A stretch of DNA of 64,000 nt, from assembly GCF_006345805.1 (NCBI RefSeq), contig NC_043016.1:4526001-4590000 (forward strand). The letters run 5' to 3'. Under the pieces are notes generated by a model. That model was not told where the DNA came from. It searched no databases and was given only the letters and a program-made list of their open reading frames with translations. The stretch's first letter is position 1. Every line of letters begins with the position of its first letter. Of this stretch, positions 38,112-52,050 are shown piece after piece. Both the position numbers and the translations under genes were made by a program. Origin of the DNA: Octopus sinensis (lineage: Eukaryota).

Positions 38112-38144
38112 ATGTTGTTGTTGTTGTTGTTGTTATTATTGTTG

Positions 38145-38198
<54 letters not shown>

Positions 38199-38254
38199 TA
38201 TTTATATATTATTGTGTTGGTGTTGTTGTTGTTGTTGTTGTTTTATTATTATTT

Positions 38255-38310
<56 letters not shown>
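38112..38310. repeat. (TTG)n/(TTA)n microsatellite (LINE tail)
   Basis: Seen directly. Confidence 0.95.
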
Positions 38311-38312
<2 letters not shown>

Positions 38313-39017
38313 GCCTTGCACAGCTTCTAACGCTGGGGATGTACTACGTATCAGTTGTTCATTACCAGTGAACTAAGGTAAACACCTCTTATTTTCCGAG
38401 CACCTTCCTGAGTATTCGAGCGGTTCCAAGCAGTGCTGTTTTCTGCAAGTGCTCCACCCTTATTGCAATCCCTATTTGTTCCACGTACTTCTCGAGATTT
38501 TTACTCACTGTTCCCAGGACTCCGACAATTATTGGTACTACTGTTACCTTTTTTATCGACCACAACCGCTTACTTCCTAAGCTAACCTGTCATATCTCTC
38601 GACTTTTCTTTTTTCCTTATCGCATACCTTTTCGTCAGCTGGGCATGCTATATCTATGATCCAGCATAGTTTGTTTTCTTTCTCAATTAAGACTATGTCT
38701 GGTCTCCTATTCTCCATCTCATGATTGCACTGAATCATAAAATCCTATAGGATCTTTGCATTTCTATTTTCATCGATGCATTCAGGTTTGTGGTCGTACC
38801 AATTCTTTGCTCTGTCAAGTCCATACTTGTTGCAGAGTGTCCAATGGATAAGCCTTGCTATATTGTCGTGGCATCTCTTATATTCCTTCTGGGCTAGTGG
38901 TGTACATTGACTGGTAATATGCCATACGGTTTTACCACTTTGTCCACAGGTTCTGCACTTATCACTTTCTGATGTGTTGTCAATTCTGTTTTTTACATAT
39001 TTTGTTCTTAGTGCTTT
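38311..39017 (-). mobile_element. 5'-truncated R4/Dong-clade LINE (CCHC + RLE)
   Basis: CRTCGQSGKTVWHITSQC...HDNIARL...RPDIVLIEK...DIACP...PIIVGVLG...TARILRKVLGK*; same subfamily as 57078-57815. Confidence 0.9.
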
Positions 39018-39138
39018 ATCATTATTATTATTGTTGTTGTTGTCGTTGTTGTCGTTGTTGTTGTTGTAGTCGTCGTCATCCTCCTCCTCCTCCTCCTCAT
39101 CATCATCATCATCATTATAATAATAATAATAATAATTA

Positions 39139-39223
<85 letters not shown>

Positions 39224-39290
39224 TATTATTATTATTATTATTATTATATTATTATTATTATTTTATTATTATTATTATTATTATTATTAT
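39018..39290. repeat. Compound triplet microsatellite (TTG, CCT, CAT, AAT, TTA)
   Basis: Seen directly. Confidence 0.95.
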
Positions 39291-42240
39291 CCGTGATGCG
39301 TTTCCTTTGGCGGATGTTATATACGACACTATACCAAAAAGAGGGGCTATATCCAGTGACCAGAATTCCTTTTGGACATTCCTTCACTTTCAACATTTTA
39401 ACACCTCCTTAGAATCTTAGTATTTTCTGGTGTCAATTCATATCTTCTCAAACCAGGCATCTAACCCTTTAATAACTGCTCCCAGTGCGTCAAACACAAT
39501 CTGTACGGCTCCTCTGTGCCGGGTTCGCCATTATTTCTTGATTTCCCTCTTCAGATCCTGATATTTCCCAACTGTCTCACCTGCTTTCTCATTCACCCTA
39601 TGGTCCCACGGTGAAGCGACATAAACAATAATTGTTTTGTTCTTCTTTTAGCCAATATAAGATGACCACACTGGATGGTCAAGTCCCACAAGATCTTATA
39701 TTGTTCGTTTCTAGCAGTCCTTTCCGGTTGATTCTCATACCATTTCTCACTTCTGCCCATGCTATACTCAATTAAGACAGAGCTTCCAGTGAACTAATTC
39801 TGTGATGTTGTCGTGCCTTTTCTCCTACTCTTTCTGTGATAGTACCTTACATTAACTAATAAAGTGACTTATTGTTTCCATTTTCTCGTCACACAAAATG
39901 GGGAAGTCGCTGACTCAGCAATATTGAATTTGATATAGTTCTTTCTCACTGCATGTTCGACTGCGAAAATAAAGGGCTTCAATTTCAACTTTATCCAGAC
40001 CATTCCTAGATCTTATCTTTGGTAAACTGCTTCGGGTATGTCTCGTAGGAATTGACCATACATTTCTTTCCTATCTACTTAAGGTGTCATTCTGTCAATT
40101 TTGTTTAAATTCACCCTTTTCCTTTGCTTCATGACCTCTCAAGACTTTTGTCATCAATCTCTGCTTTGAAGTTTTTACATACCTTGCCAAATTGTTTTCC
40201 TCAGACTTCACACACATTTCACAGCTAGCGAAACCTCTTTCTCCTCCTCTCTGTTGCGATAGATACAACCTGTCTACGTGACTTTTGGAGTGTGGAGTCT
40301 CTTGTAGTGTCATCATTATCGTTAGAATTGCATTTACCTTAGAGTTGCAACGGCCCAAGTGTTGACAGTCAATATCTTATTCTTACCAATCAACTTTGTC
40401 TTTAACACCAATTTCAGTCCCCATTTATATTCATTAGGTAAGAGCTCTTTCATTTGGTCTGTTTCCAGGATGCCTAAATAATTATACGCGTTTCCTCCTA
40501 ATTCCTTTCATCTTATCAATTCTACCTATCTTCAGTAGTATTGCCCAGCAGTTTTTATGCCAAATTCCACTCCTATGTCCATACTGAATGTATGTAGTGT
40601 CTGCGGTACAATCTTTTCATTGGATTTACCTCAGAGTTTTAGATCATCCATCAACAGCAGGTGGTTTATTTTATGCTCATGCATCTTCCTTACTCGTAAC
40701 CAATCTTTGGCCTTCTCAGTACTAATAAAAGTGGAACCATTCACCATACAAATAGCAAAAGCGGAAGACTAGTCTCCCCGAAATATTCCTCACAAATCAC
40801 TATGTCTGTCTACATCATATCATCTCAGTCTCCTATCTATCAATACGGCTCACGAGAAACTATCTAATGTTTGCTTCAATGCCACATTTCCAAACATTCC
40901 ACTACCCACCAAGCCTTGTAATAATCGATCCAAGCTATGGCAGTGTTTGTGCACCTCTTTTTTTCAACCTTCAAGGATCGTCTTATCAATCAACAACTGA
41001 TCTTTAGCCCATCTCCTCCTCCTCCTCCAGATATTCGTACAATGCCACCTGACAAGCTTCCACATGAGGAGGCAAGAGACTGGTCTAACGTTGTCAACTG
41101 CATTTCCTTTGCTGCGGTCCTTCAAGCACAAGATCTTTCTTCCAAAGGTTGGTCATTTTAGCAATCTCTCTTCTCCATTCAAGATCTTATTCAGTTGTTC
41201 AACAATTCTCCCGTGAAGGGACCTCAGCCTTTTTTTCAACCAGAACCCTTGCACCTCGTCTTTGCTAGGAGCTTTCCAGTTTGGCATGGGATTATCAGCC
41301 ACTCCACACTTCTATTGTGCCCTTTTCCTACACTCCAGATATACCTCTAAAACTTCTGACTTTCATCTGCATCAAGGATTACATCATCATTCCTAACCAT
41401 ACCGTTCATCTTCTTGTAGAACGTCTTCTGATTTTGCTGAAAACTTGATTTCTGTTTATATTGCGTCACCCTTTGTTCATACCTCTTGATCTTTTAGCTC
41501 TTCAAATACGGTAGTAATCTTCTTTCTTCTCATACTGTACTTTCCTGTAAGTTGTTCAATCCTTCCCCTTTTTCTTAATTCATCTAATTTTATTCATTCC
41601 AGAATATTGATATCTTCCCTAAGCATGTTGGTGTCCCCTTCAATGTTCCTTTTCCACCTTGGTTTCTTAGCCTGTTTTCGTGTAGTCTGTTTTAGACTTC
41701 CCACAATACAGACTAGTATATATCTGTTATAGAGCACCTAACATTTTCTCTTTCTTTTACACTGTAGTATATCTTTCCTACTCGACTCTAATTCACTCTC
41801 TCTTCAAAAACTGGAACTGGTAACTTTCGCTATTTTTTGCCATGGATTATCATTAATTGGAACTTAATTATTTATTCGATCTTGGAACTCCGTAACGCAT
41901 ATCCATTTTACTGTGATCCTTTCTTCATTGTTGATAAACTGGAAAATACTAATATCCTCGATTGGGGATATTCATTTTAACTTTTTTCAGACTTCTCCCT
42001 CTTTGATGACGGAATACTCATCCAATGAAAAGCTTACTCAATATCATGATCCAGCTGTAAGAGATTCCATCTGCTTGTATTTTCTAGCTGAATTAAATTG
42101 TTTTTTTTTCTTTTCGAGGGATGTCGAATGTTTTGTCTTTTTATTTTATATTTTAATTTGTATCTACCCTTTCAAAGAGAAACCAGTCCTAGCCGTCTTT
42201 GATAGGCATCCTCAGCACCACCTTTTTCAGTTGTAGTTCA
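39291..42240 (-). mobile_element. About 3-kb decayed R4/Dong-clade LINE (RT + RLE)
   Basis: Minus-strand motifs [64 protein letters not shown]; (AAT)n tail; many stops. Confidence 0.85.
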
Positions 42241-42337
42241 AGCTAGAATTTTAGTGGTAAACCAAAATCAGTACTCATAATACATACCTATTACATTATA
42301 TGAACTGACGAAAACTCCATTTACACACACACTCTCT

Positions 42338-42340
42338 ATG

Positions 42341-42425
<85 letters not shown>

Positions 42426-42450
42426 ATCTATCTATATATCTATCTATCTA

Positions 42451-42488
<38 letters not shown>

Positions 42489-42503
42489 CTATCTATCTTA
42501 TCG

Positions 42504-42535
<32 letters not shown>

Positions 42536-42545
42536 GTCTGTCTGT
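42338..42545. repeat. (CTAT)n microsatellite
   Basis: Seen directly. Confidence 0.97.
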
Positions 42546-43242
42546 CTCTATAATATATTATTGTTTCGCTTAGGCATAGCGACACTAAAAACCCATAACT
42601 TTTTAGGCTCGATAGTTGAAAATGATCAGTCTGGGTAAAATCCTTACGTAGAAAACTATTCCTTGACTCTCATAAAAGATTTACAGTTTCTCTTTCCCCT
42701 TTTATTATATTTTCACCCTCTTTTTCTTTTCTCTTGTCTCTTTCAATCTATTTCTGTTCCTTGGACATATTTTTACTTGTCTCTTTTACGTCTTCTTTTT
42801 TACCGTTTCTTTTTCATACGAGTTCTTCATATATCCGTTCTTATACACACATATGTAGATAACATTATCTCAATTTCTTTCAGGAAGGTACTTCTCCCAC
42901 TCAAGTTCCTGAGTTCATTTCTTTTATACGTTTATTATTTTTTGTTGTTGATGCTTTTCTCAGCGAGAAATTTTCTTCATGATAAAACACTGAATATCTT
43001 GCTTACGAGTTCGAACGTACCACAAGCATATTCGAATTGGTAATGACATTGTATCTATTTCTAGTATTTTCTTGCCTCCTCCTTGAGAATTCCTCATTCA
43101 GAATTAGCTGTGAAATGTATACACTGTCGATCGGTATCTCACATCGAGTTTTATTGTTTTGTTTAAAACATAACTGCCTTTCGTAAGGGACAGTGGTTTA
43201 AAAACTTTCGGTTTTACGGATGTTTATAATTAGTCTGGATGA

Positions 43243-43425
43243 AAAAGGCGGCAAAGTGGCAGAATCGTTTGAGCATCAGAAACGATTCTTTGTAATATTT
43301 CTGCCGACTCGTTACGTTCTGAGTTCAAATTCAGATGAGGTCTTCTTTGCTTTTTCATCCTTTCGATATCGATAAAATATGTACCAGTTGAGCACTAGGG
43401 GGCGTTATAATCGACTTACTCATTC
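43243..43425 (+). mobile_element. Deu/Nin-like SINE, diverged
   Basis: GGCGGCAAAGTGGCAGAATCG...GAGTTCAAATTCAGATGAGGTC...TTTCATCCTTTCGATATCGATAAAATATGTACCAGTTG. Confidence 0.8.
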
Positions 43426-44129
43426 TCTTAAAATTGTTGATTTTATGCCAAGATCTGAAACATTTAGTGAGGTTGACTAGCTCTGATGGTTTTGAATAAT
43501 ACAGCTTGTTTTCGTAATGTCATTTGAAAATTAGCTCTGATTTTCTGTTAAATTTTCTGTTGTCTAGTGATAATGAAGTTTTTCTTGTCATTGTAGAGGC
43601 CAGAAAATTCGCATAAATGGTATACTTGTTGCTGGAGTGTAGATTATTAGGTTAACGAAATGCTGCTTGACTTGCCAATATTGTGATCTTTCAAATTCCA
43701 TATGTAGTTGTTCCTTTTGTCTTTATGTTTAAAGGTAGACTTTTATCTAATTACCAACTTTTGAAGCTGAACTTGCACATTCTGATATGTATGAAACATA
43801 TAATCAAGAATTATGTCTACAGGACTGCCACTATGGCTTGGTACATCAGCAATTCAGTGTTGCATAAATTTTCCAAAGAGGGTAACATCAATTTTGACAA
43901 TTATAGATACCTGTTTAAATGACAGGATTATTTGGATGAATGCCGTGAAACTGGTTTCACGGGTCTTTAAACAAGTCGTCTCAGTGACTGGCTACCAAGG
44001 ATGATGTTTTCCATGTTACGCATGTGACCATAGTTAGCCTTTGAGTTAGACCTGCTAAGTATTATGCAGTATTGTTTGTCATGCGAGCAGATATATTCCG
44101 TGTCAGAGTTTAAATGTCTTGGCAAAGTA

Positions 44130-44335
44130 GGAGTGGCGGGTGCTGTGTGGTAAATAGAGTGTGGTTGTGTGGTAAGTAGAGTGGCTGTGTGGTAAGTAGC
44201 GTGTTACAAACCACCATGGTTCCGGGCTCAGTCTCACTGCTGGCACCTTGGACAGGTGTGTTTCTACTATAGCCTCGGGGCCGATTCAAAGCCTGAGAGT
44301 GGATTTGGTAGACGGAAACTGAAAGAAGCCCGTCG

Positions 44336-44371
<36 letters not shown>

Positions 44372-44650
44372 ATATGTATGTAGGTTTGTATGTATGTATG
44401 TATGTATGTATGATATGTATGTATGAGTATGTGTGTGTATATGTTTGTGTGTCTGTGTTTGTCCCCTCAACATCGCTTGACAACCGATGCTGGTGTGTTT
44501 ATGTCCCTGTAAGTTAGTGGTTTGGCAAAAGAGATCGATAGGATAAGTACTAGGCTTACAAAGAATAAGTCGTGGGGTCTATTTGCTCGACTAAAGGCGG
44601 TGCTCCAGCATGGCCACAGTCAAATGACTGAAACAAGTAAAAGAGTAAAG
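44130..44650 (+). mobile_element. Long tRNA-derived SINE (Meta-like) with triplicated 5' A-box segment
   Basis: Three tandem G(C/T)TGTGTGGTAA motifs, then the complete body to GACTGAAACAAGTAAAAGAGT. Confidence 0.9.
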
Positions 44651-44872
44651 TTGAATTTCAACATCGAAGCTATGTAGAGAATAGAAGCACACTATATTGA
44701 GGTTAGGGTTTGGGGTTTGGGTTCCATAAATCAGGAAACTTGTTTTTTATGCGACTAATTTTTGTCTAAATCTATCTATTTTCCTTCAGGGATGTATCAG
44801 TTGACTGTACTGTTTTAACAATTTTATCAACGTCATTAAATACAACTGATTTAGAATAAAATTAACAGAAAA

Positions 44873-45128
44873 TTGGCGCAGATTTGGTAGACGGAAAATG
44901 AAAGAAAGCCCCGTCGTATATATGTATGGTATATATATATATATATATATATATAGATATATATATATATATATATATATAATAGTAATATATATATAGG
45001 CGACTATGTGTGTGTGTGTGGGTTTGTGGTTGCCCCCTAGCATTAGAATAAATTTGCTCGACTAAAGGCGGTGCTCCAGCATGGCCGCTAGTCAAATAAC
45101 TGAAACAAGTAAAAGAGTAAAGAGAGTA
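44873..45128 (+). mobile_element. Partial long SINE (Meta-like core plus 3' tail)
   Basis: GATTTGGTAGACGGAAAATGAAAG...CCCGTCGTATAT and TTTGCTCGACTAAAGGCGGTGCTCCAGCATGGCCG...GAAACAAGTAAAAGAG. Confidence 0.8.
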
Positions 45129-45884
45129 AAATAGTCTGCGAAATCTTAGTTTTCTCGATTTCGTTTCCCTTCCACCCCTCTTTTACCATTTTTTTTGCAC
45201 CAACATTCTTCACATCTTTTCCATATTTTTTTTTTTCTTATTTTTTACAGTCCAGCATCCTTACTTTTAAAAATATATATAACGCAGAGAGTCTAATATT
45301 GCTTTGAGATACCTGCGTTTTTTTAATACATATATAAATATGTCTGTTCAGTTATAATAAAAGCATAAAAATATTAGTAGCCCTTTTTGCTGTGTATTTA
45401 AATTGATATATTTATCTCTCACTGGATGGAACACTTCTTTTTTGTTTATTCTACCTCTGTTGTATCTTCGTCTAATCTGAATCTTACTGCTAGATTCTCT
45501 AACTTGAAACCACTGGGGCCATCCTGTACACCGTTTTAAAGGCGGTGATCTAGCCGACCGCAGTCAAAGACTGAAACAAGTAAAAGAAGAGATATATATA
45601 TATATTATATATTAATATATATATTATATATATCTTATATATATAATAACAATTTAGTAATAAAACATATGCATACATACATACATATATGTACATACCT
45701 ACATCTATTGTATATATAATGCATATGTGAGTACAGGACCCCACAAATAACGCAGAACACAACGAGAAACGAAAGCATAAAACCAAACAAGGAAACGGAC
45801 TTTTTTTAACAACGAAAAAACAGAGAACAAGACAAACAATACAAGGAATGTTCCCCTTCATCAGCTGCCCCTGTTTCGATTTTT

Positions 45885-46066
45885 TATATTCTAGTTGTTC
45901 CATTCGACTGCGGCCATGCTGGGGCACCTTTTGAAGAATTTCATCGAACAAATCGAATCCAGTATCTTTTCTTTAAAGTTTGGTACGTATTCTATCTGTA
46001 TCTTTGGTCGAACCGCTAAGCGGTTGTAACGGCCAAACACAGACACAAAGGCACAACAACACACAT

Positions 46067-46098
<32 letters not shown>

Positions 46099-46270
46099 GC
46101 ACACATATGTATACATATACACGACAGGCTGCATTCAGTTACCAAATGCTCTCACTAGACTTTATTCGGCCTGAGAGACTACGGAAGAATTTACTTACCC
46201 ACAATGCTAAGCTGCGGTACTGAACCTGAACCATGTTGTTAGGACGTTTCTTTCCACACAGCCACACCTG
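45885..46270 (-). mobile_element. Diverged long SINE (Meta-like)
   Basis: GACTGCGGCCATGCTGGGGCACC...GAACCGCTAAG...ACGACAGGCTGCATTCAGTTAC...CCACACAGCCACACCTGC. Confidence 0.7.
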
Positions 46271-46326
46271 CCCCCCCTCTCTCTCTCTCTCGTTCACCAC
46301 ACACGCACACACACACACATATATAT

Positions 46327-46570
46327 GTTAGTTAGTTAGTTAGTTAGTTAATTTTTTGGCTCAAAAAGCAAAAAAAAAGGCCATGTAGGGGGACATGGAG
46401 TTATGTACAGGGTGGTGTTCATGTAAAGAGTTCAGGCCACTTGTGGTCATGGGAGACTTTGAACCGAGCGGTCGTCGGCATCTTCACCATCTCGTCCGAC
46501 AGCTTATTCCACGGATCCGCAACCCGGACGGAGAAAGCCCCTCTCCTTCGATTGAGATGAAATCGACGCA
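46327..46570 (-). mobile_element. CR1-clade LINE extreme 3' end with (TAAC)n tail
   Basis: Minus frame RRRGAFSVRVADPWNKLSDEMVKMPTTARFKVSHD resembles R..FFS.RV...WN.LP..VV.......FK..LD. Confidence 0.8.
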
Positions 46571-46603
46571 TATACACATACATGTGTGTGTGTTTACACG
46601 TTC

Positions 46604-46970
46604 TATTGGCTGCGCTTATCCCCTGACAATCTGGTTTGGGATCTAATGTCAGTTGTTGCGTCAAATACTCACGCCGTCGCTTCTACACCTGGGTCAATCG
46701 TATTATCTCTCTGTATTCTATAGCATTACATCATATGTTGCTGAATACTGCGACGCATGCATCAGTTTAAATAAGGGGGTGCCAATTCAAATACAGTGTT
46801 CTCTTTACACTCAAACAACCTCCACACACACCACACACAAAAACACAACACACACACCACAAACACACACACACACACACACACACCACAAACACACACC
46901 ACCCAAAACACGACACACACCAACACACCCACACACACAACACACACAACACCACAACATACATCACCAC

Positions 46971-47006
<36 letters not shown>

Positions 47007-47195
47007 ACCACACACACACACAAACCACCCACACACACAACACACACACACAAACACACACACACACACACAACACACACACACACACAAACACTCACAC
47101 ACACACACACACACACCACACACACACAAACACACCCACACACACAAACACACACACCAACACACACACACACAACACACACACCACACAAACAA

Positions 47196-47243
<48 letters not shown>

Positions 47244-47531
47244 TACATGTTCCTTCTCGAGTTCCTGCCATAAATTTGCCGCTTATAAAGCAAGCATGTA
47301 TTAAACGTAGCGCGTTAGTAAATTGTACATATTAACGCTTTTGATGGCTCGTCATTAAATAAAGGATATCTATACATGCATAACACCACACACACACACC
47401 TGTGTGCGTGTGTGCATGTGTGTGTGTGTGTGTGTGTGGTTTGATATATATATATACATGCATACACACACACATATATATGTATATATATGCATATTAT
47501 TGACTTATATGTGTACGTGATTCTCTATATA
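46604..47531 (+). repeat. Copy 1 of a near-identical direct duplication (partner 52818-53251), including a CA microsatellite
   Basis: About 210 bp (46604-46817) differ from 52818-53028 by only two small indels seen by eye; ATATATATGCATATTATTGACTTATATGTGTACGTGATTCTCTATATA is shared after the microsatellite. Confidence 0.92.
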
Positions 47532-48339
47532 TGCATGTCTATACATTGGAATTTGTGTGTATATAAATGTACAAAGAAGCACTTGATTCATACACAACTT
47601 ATGTATACATTCAGGCATTGCACACAAGTGTGTGCGTGTGCACATAATCATACACACACCGACTCGCGCGCACGCACACATACACGCAATTTGCTATGTC
47701 TAAGTGTCAAAACAGTCTGCACTGTTTTTAAAGTAACGATGGAAAGAAGGAAAATTCTGAAGATGAATGCATGCTGTTTTAGACAGATACATACTGTTGC
47801 TGTAAGTCAACACGGGAACATAAATAACGGATACCATTTTATTTTTTTTAACCATTTTTTGTTTTTCCACGTGTGATATATAAGGGGTAATTCTAGATAT
47901 CATTCAACTCAAAATATTAGGTTTGACTCAGCCTAAATAGCAATAATAATGATGGTTATTTATTACATAAGCACAAATTCAGTGGTCCTGTGGGAGATAT
48001 AATTGATTAATTCGATTACTAATTGCTTCTTTTTTTAATTTTTGTCTTTATTGACCATGTGAAAGGAACTCAAATACTACTGGTCCTTTCCGTCGTAAAA
48101 GACCAATGGTATTTTATACTCTGTCGGTTCTGCTATCTATTAAACATATAAATATTTGTTCTTAACAAATGAACAAGACTAGGCTTTTTGTTCTGTGGTT
48201 TTACTTGGTGCAGTCGAGGATGTTGAACCCAGCAACCCGGACCGGACTCAACTCGTAAAGAACAACTAAATACCGCAGGCGTTTTTCAGTCTACCAGTCC
48301 TGATAATCAAATGATGGTTAGGTTGGAATGTATCTCTTT

Positions 48340-48922
48340 TTTTTTTCTTTTTACTTGTTTCAGTCATTTTGACCGCGACCATGCTGGTGCACCGCCTTTA
48401 ATCGAGCAACTCGACCCCGGGACTTATTCTTTGTAAGCCCAGTACTTATTCTATCGGTCTCTTTTTGCCGAACCGTTAAGTGACGGGGACATAAACACAC
48501 CAGCATCGGTGTCAAGCAATGCTAGGGGACAAATACAGACACACAAACACACACACGCATATATATATATACATATATACGACGGGCTTCTTTCAGTTTC
48601 CGTCTACCAATCCACTCACAAGGCTTTGGCCGGCCCGAGGCTATAGTAGTAGAAGACATTTACCCAAGGTGCCATGCAGTGGGACTGAACCCGTACCATG
48701 TAGTTGGTAAGCAAGCTACTTACCACACATCCACTCCTGCTCCTATATTATATTATATATATATATATACGACGGGCTTCTTTCAGTTTCCGTCTACCAA
48801 ATCCACTCACAAGGCTTTGTCGGCCCGAGGCTATAGTAGAAGACACCTGCCCAAGGTGTCACGCAGTGGGACTGAACTCGGAACCATGTGGTTGGTAAAC
48901 AAGCTACTTACCACACAGCCAC
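48340..48922 (-). mobile_element. Long SINE (Meta-like) with tandemly duplicated head/core module
   Basis: ACGACGGGCTTCTTTCAGTTTCCGTCTACC...AGCAAGCTACTTACCACACA occurs twice (about 48578-48742 and 48768-48922). Confidence 0.92.
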
Positions 48923-50259
48923 CACGTTTATATTTTCTTTCATAGATTTGACACTGGCATTCTGATCTGACCACATGTAACATTAGATTATTGTAGTTAG
49001 AGCTGGTTCATTAATAAACATCGAGTCAGTGATGGCTTTTGCAGATAGCTAACTGCTTCCATCATACCATTATTAATGTCTTGAAGAAACATTCAGAAAA
49101 CAGAAGATCGTTTGTTGCAAGCAAACCTCTTGATGACAGAAATTTCGGTGTAAAGTAGAAAGTAATTTATAATTCAAGTCTTTTGAAAAGCGTAACTCAA
49201 GAAAATATTCACACACTTAAAATATGAATGTATTTATGTGTGTGTGTGAATTTGTGTATGTATGTGCGTGCGTGGGTGCGAGTGTGATGCGCATATAAGT
49301 TTTCATGCATGCATTGTGTGTGAATATACGTATGTATGTATGTGTGTGTGTGTATTGTTTGTATGTTCTGGTTTTAGTTTTCAAATTCTCTCTCCAACAG
49401 AGACAGAAATGTGTCCAGCCTAGCATCAAGGCTTCTTTATTGGAATTTAGACCGCATGAGTTAGTTATTCCTGCTTGCGCGTGGGTAATACTGTGTGTGT
49501 ATGTATGTGTGTATGCTTGTGTGTGCGTGTTTGCATGTATGCGTATCACTAAACCTGTGAATACGTATGTTTGACTTACATATGTATAAGTATATGTGCA
49601 TGTATATCCATCTATCTATCTATTTATCAATATATATATTATATATCATATATATATATATTACATACACAAATACATATATATATATATATACATATAA
49701 GTATACATAAATGGACACACACTCACACGCAGGCATATATATAATATATGCCATTTGTCGGCCCAAGTGTGCTTGTGTAGATTCTACAGGCTAACCTTGA
49801 GTGTTTCAAATATTTTTTAAAGTTCCATTGATAACTTTGCGATAGTAATTTTTCTCTTTTAGCTTAGTCATTTCTGGAACTGTGAGGCCCAGTCTCTCAA
49901 AATGTGTAATGAGGCAGTTTGTTATGTAACAGAAAACCTCAGTAATCATAGATATAATTCTAAAGCAATAGCTTTGATGTAGCATATACAGAAAAGTATA
50001 GATGCTTATATACGCATCTTTATTGATATTTTGGAATATTCTTATAAAGAAGTTGTTGGTTTCTAGCTAAGAAGCAAATTCCATAACTGGAATTTTAGTT
50101 ACAGAGTGTTACGTATTGTTTATTAAGAAAGTGTTGGACGTTTTCCTTGGTCACTTTTCACTCTAATCTGCAGACTTAATGTTAAAGTGTGTCCTCGTTA
50201 ATTAAGTGAAAATATTCGGGTTTTTTCAAGCAGAATAACTGTTTAACACCTACATCATA

Positions 50260-50650
50260 TATGTATGTATGTATGTATGTATGCATGTATGTATGTATGT
50301 ATGTATGTATGTATGTATGTATGTATGTGTGTATGTATGTATGAATGTGTATGTATGTATGTATGTATGTATGTGTATGTATGTATGTATGAACGTATGT
50401 ATGTATGTATGTATGTATATATGTATGTATGTATGTACGTACGTATGTATGTATGTATGTATGTACGTATGTATGTATGTATGTATGTATGTATGTACGT
50501 ACGTATGTATGTATGCATGTATGTACGTATGTATGTATGTATGTATGAATGTATGAATGTATGTGTGTATGTATGTATGTATGAATGTATGTGTGTATGT
50601 ATGTATGTATGTATGTATGTATGTATGTATGCATGTATGTATGTATTATG
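50260..50650. repeat. (TATG)n microsatellite
   Basis: Seen directly. Confidence 0.97.
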
Positions 50651-50654
50651 TATA

Positions 50655-51979
50655 TGTCCGTAAACGAACGACCGCGATCTCCAATTATGTTTCCCAAGGT
50701 GGAGACGACCGATGTGCAACTGGGATGACAACAACAGTGACAATAGCACCCATACTGACAACCTTCAATCTTCCCAAAGGCAATACTGTCTTTGGGATGT
50801 GGAACGTCCGAACTCTACATGCATGAGTAAAGACGAAGGTAGTTACATACGGAATTAACAAGTACTCCTGGGATATCTTTGAACCAGCTGAAATCGGTTG
50901 GACTGGATTTGGCGAGACATCGACAAAGGAAGACCGCAAACAGTGGAGATGACACTGAGCATGAACATGGAGTGGGTTTTATCGTTAACAGATTAAGTCC
51001 AGTCATCAGCTGTACACAAGTGACCTGTAAGTCTATGCGCCAACGCTTGAATATGATGATGATGTTGAACTAGATGATGAGGAACTAGATAAAATCACCA
51101 GGGAATCTCCTAAAAAAATGTCCTTACCATCTTTGGATAATGGAACGCTAAAGTAAGCCCAGATGCATACGACAAATAGGCTGGGACAATGATGATGGAC
51201 TGAAAATCATAAGTTGATCCTAGCCAAAACACAAAAGACCTCTTGCAGAACAACATAGCATTCGTCGAATGATGGGACTCACAACCAAATTGCCTTCATT
51301 CGCATCTCAAAAGTTCAAGTCCAACTTGAATAAAGTTAGGACGAGGACTTACTCTGATGCGGATATCGGCAGTGATCATGATTTGGTCCCAATGACAATG
51401 TGGCTCAAACTGAAAAAGGACCCAAAAGCAAAAAAGTATACGTATTAGTTATGGCATAGACAAACTGAAAGATCCCTGGGTTACAGCGGAGTTTGAGACG
51501 AAGCTAATTGGCAGGTTTGCAGCCCCATAACATTCTAGAAGACTATATAATCTCTCTGACAGACAACATCAAGAAAAGACTTCATGCAACGGCTCTAAAC
51601 TGCAAGGGAGAAGAAAGAAAAGAACAACAAAATGATGACATCTTGGACCTATGTGACTTATAACGAGATCCGAGGAAGGCCAAGCTAAGGGGTCAGGAGG
51701 CAAGTTTGTAACACAATACGGAGAATAGGAACGTTTGGAAGAAAAGGAGGGAAGCGAAAGAGAAATGGCCCAGAGCAAAATCATCAAAGCTGAGATAAAG
51801 AAAGGCAGCAGCAGGGTTGCTTATGAAACCATCAGAATCCCAACGAAAACAAAGAAACTTATGAGGACGAAATAAGCCCTGCTTCTCACAGATGAGAATG
51901 GTATGACCCATGATGATCTGAGTGTTGCAAAGACGTTTAAAACCACAGATTCTTATACGACATCAATAGTCTAGACAAT

Positions 51980-52050
<71 letters not shown>

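Noticed and set aside
45700-45880. Minus-strand CTGATGAAGGGG motif in a probable repeat fragment
   Set aside because: No correctly placed stem II + GAAA follows; too incomplete to call a hammerhead.
51983-52050. (CAG)n tract suggesting a polyglutamine protein
   Set aside because: It lies inside a dead RTE LINE with stops and frameshifts on both sides.
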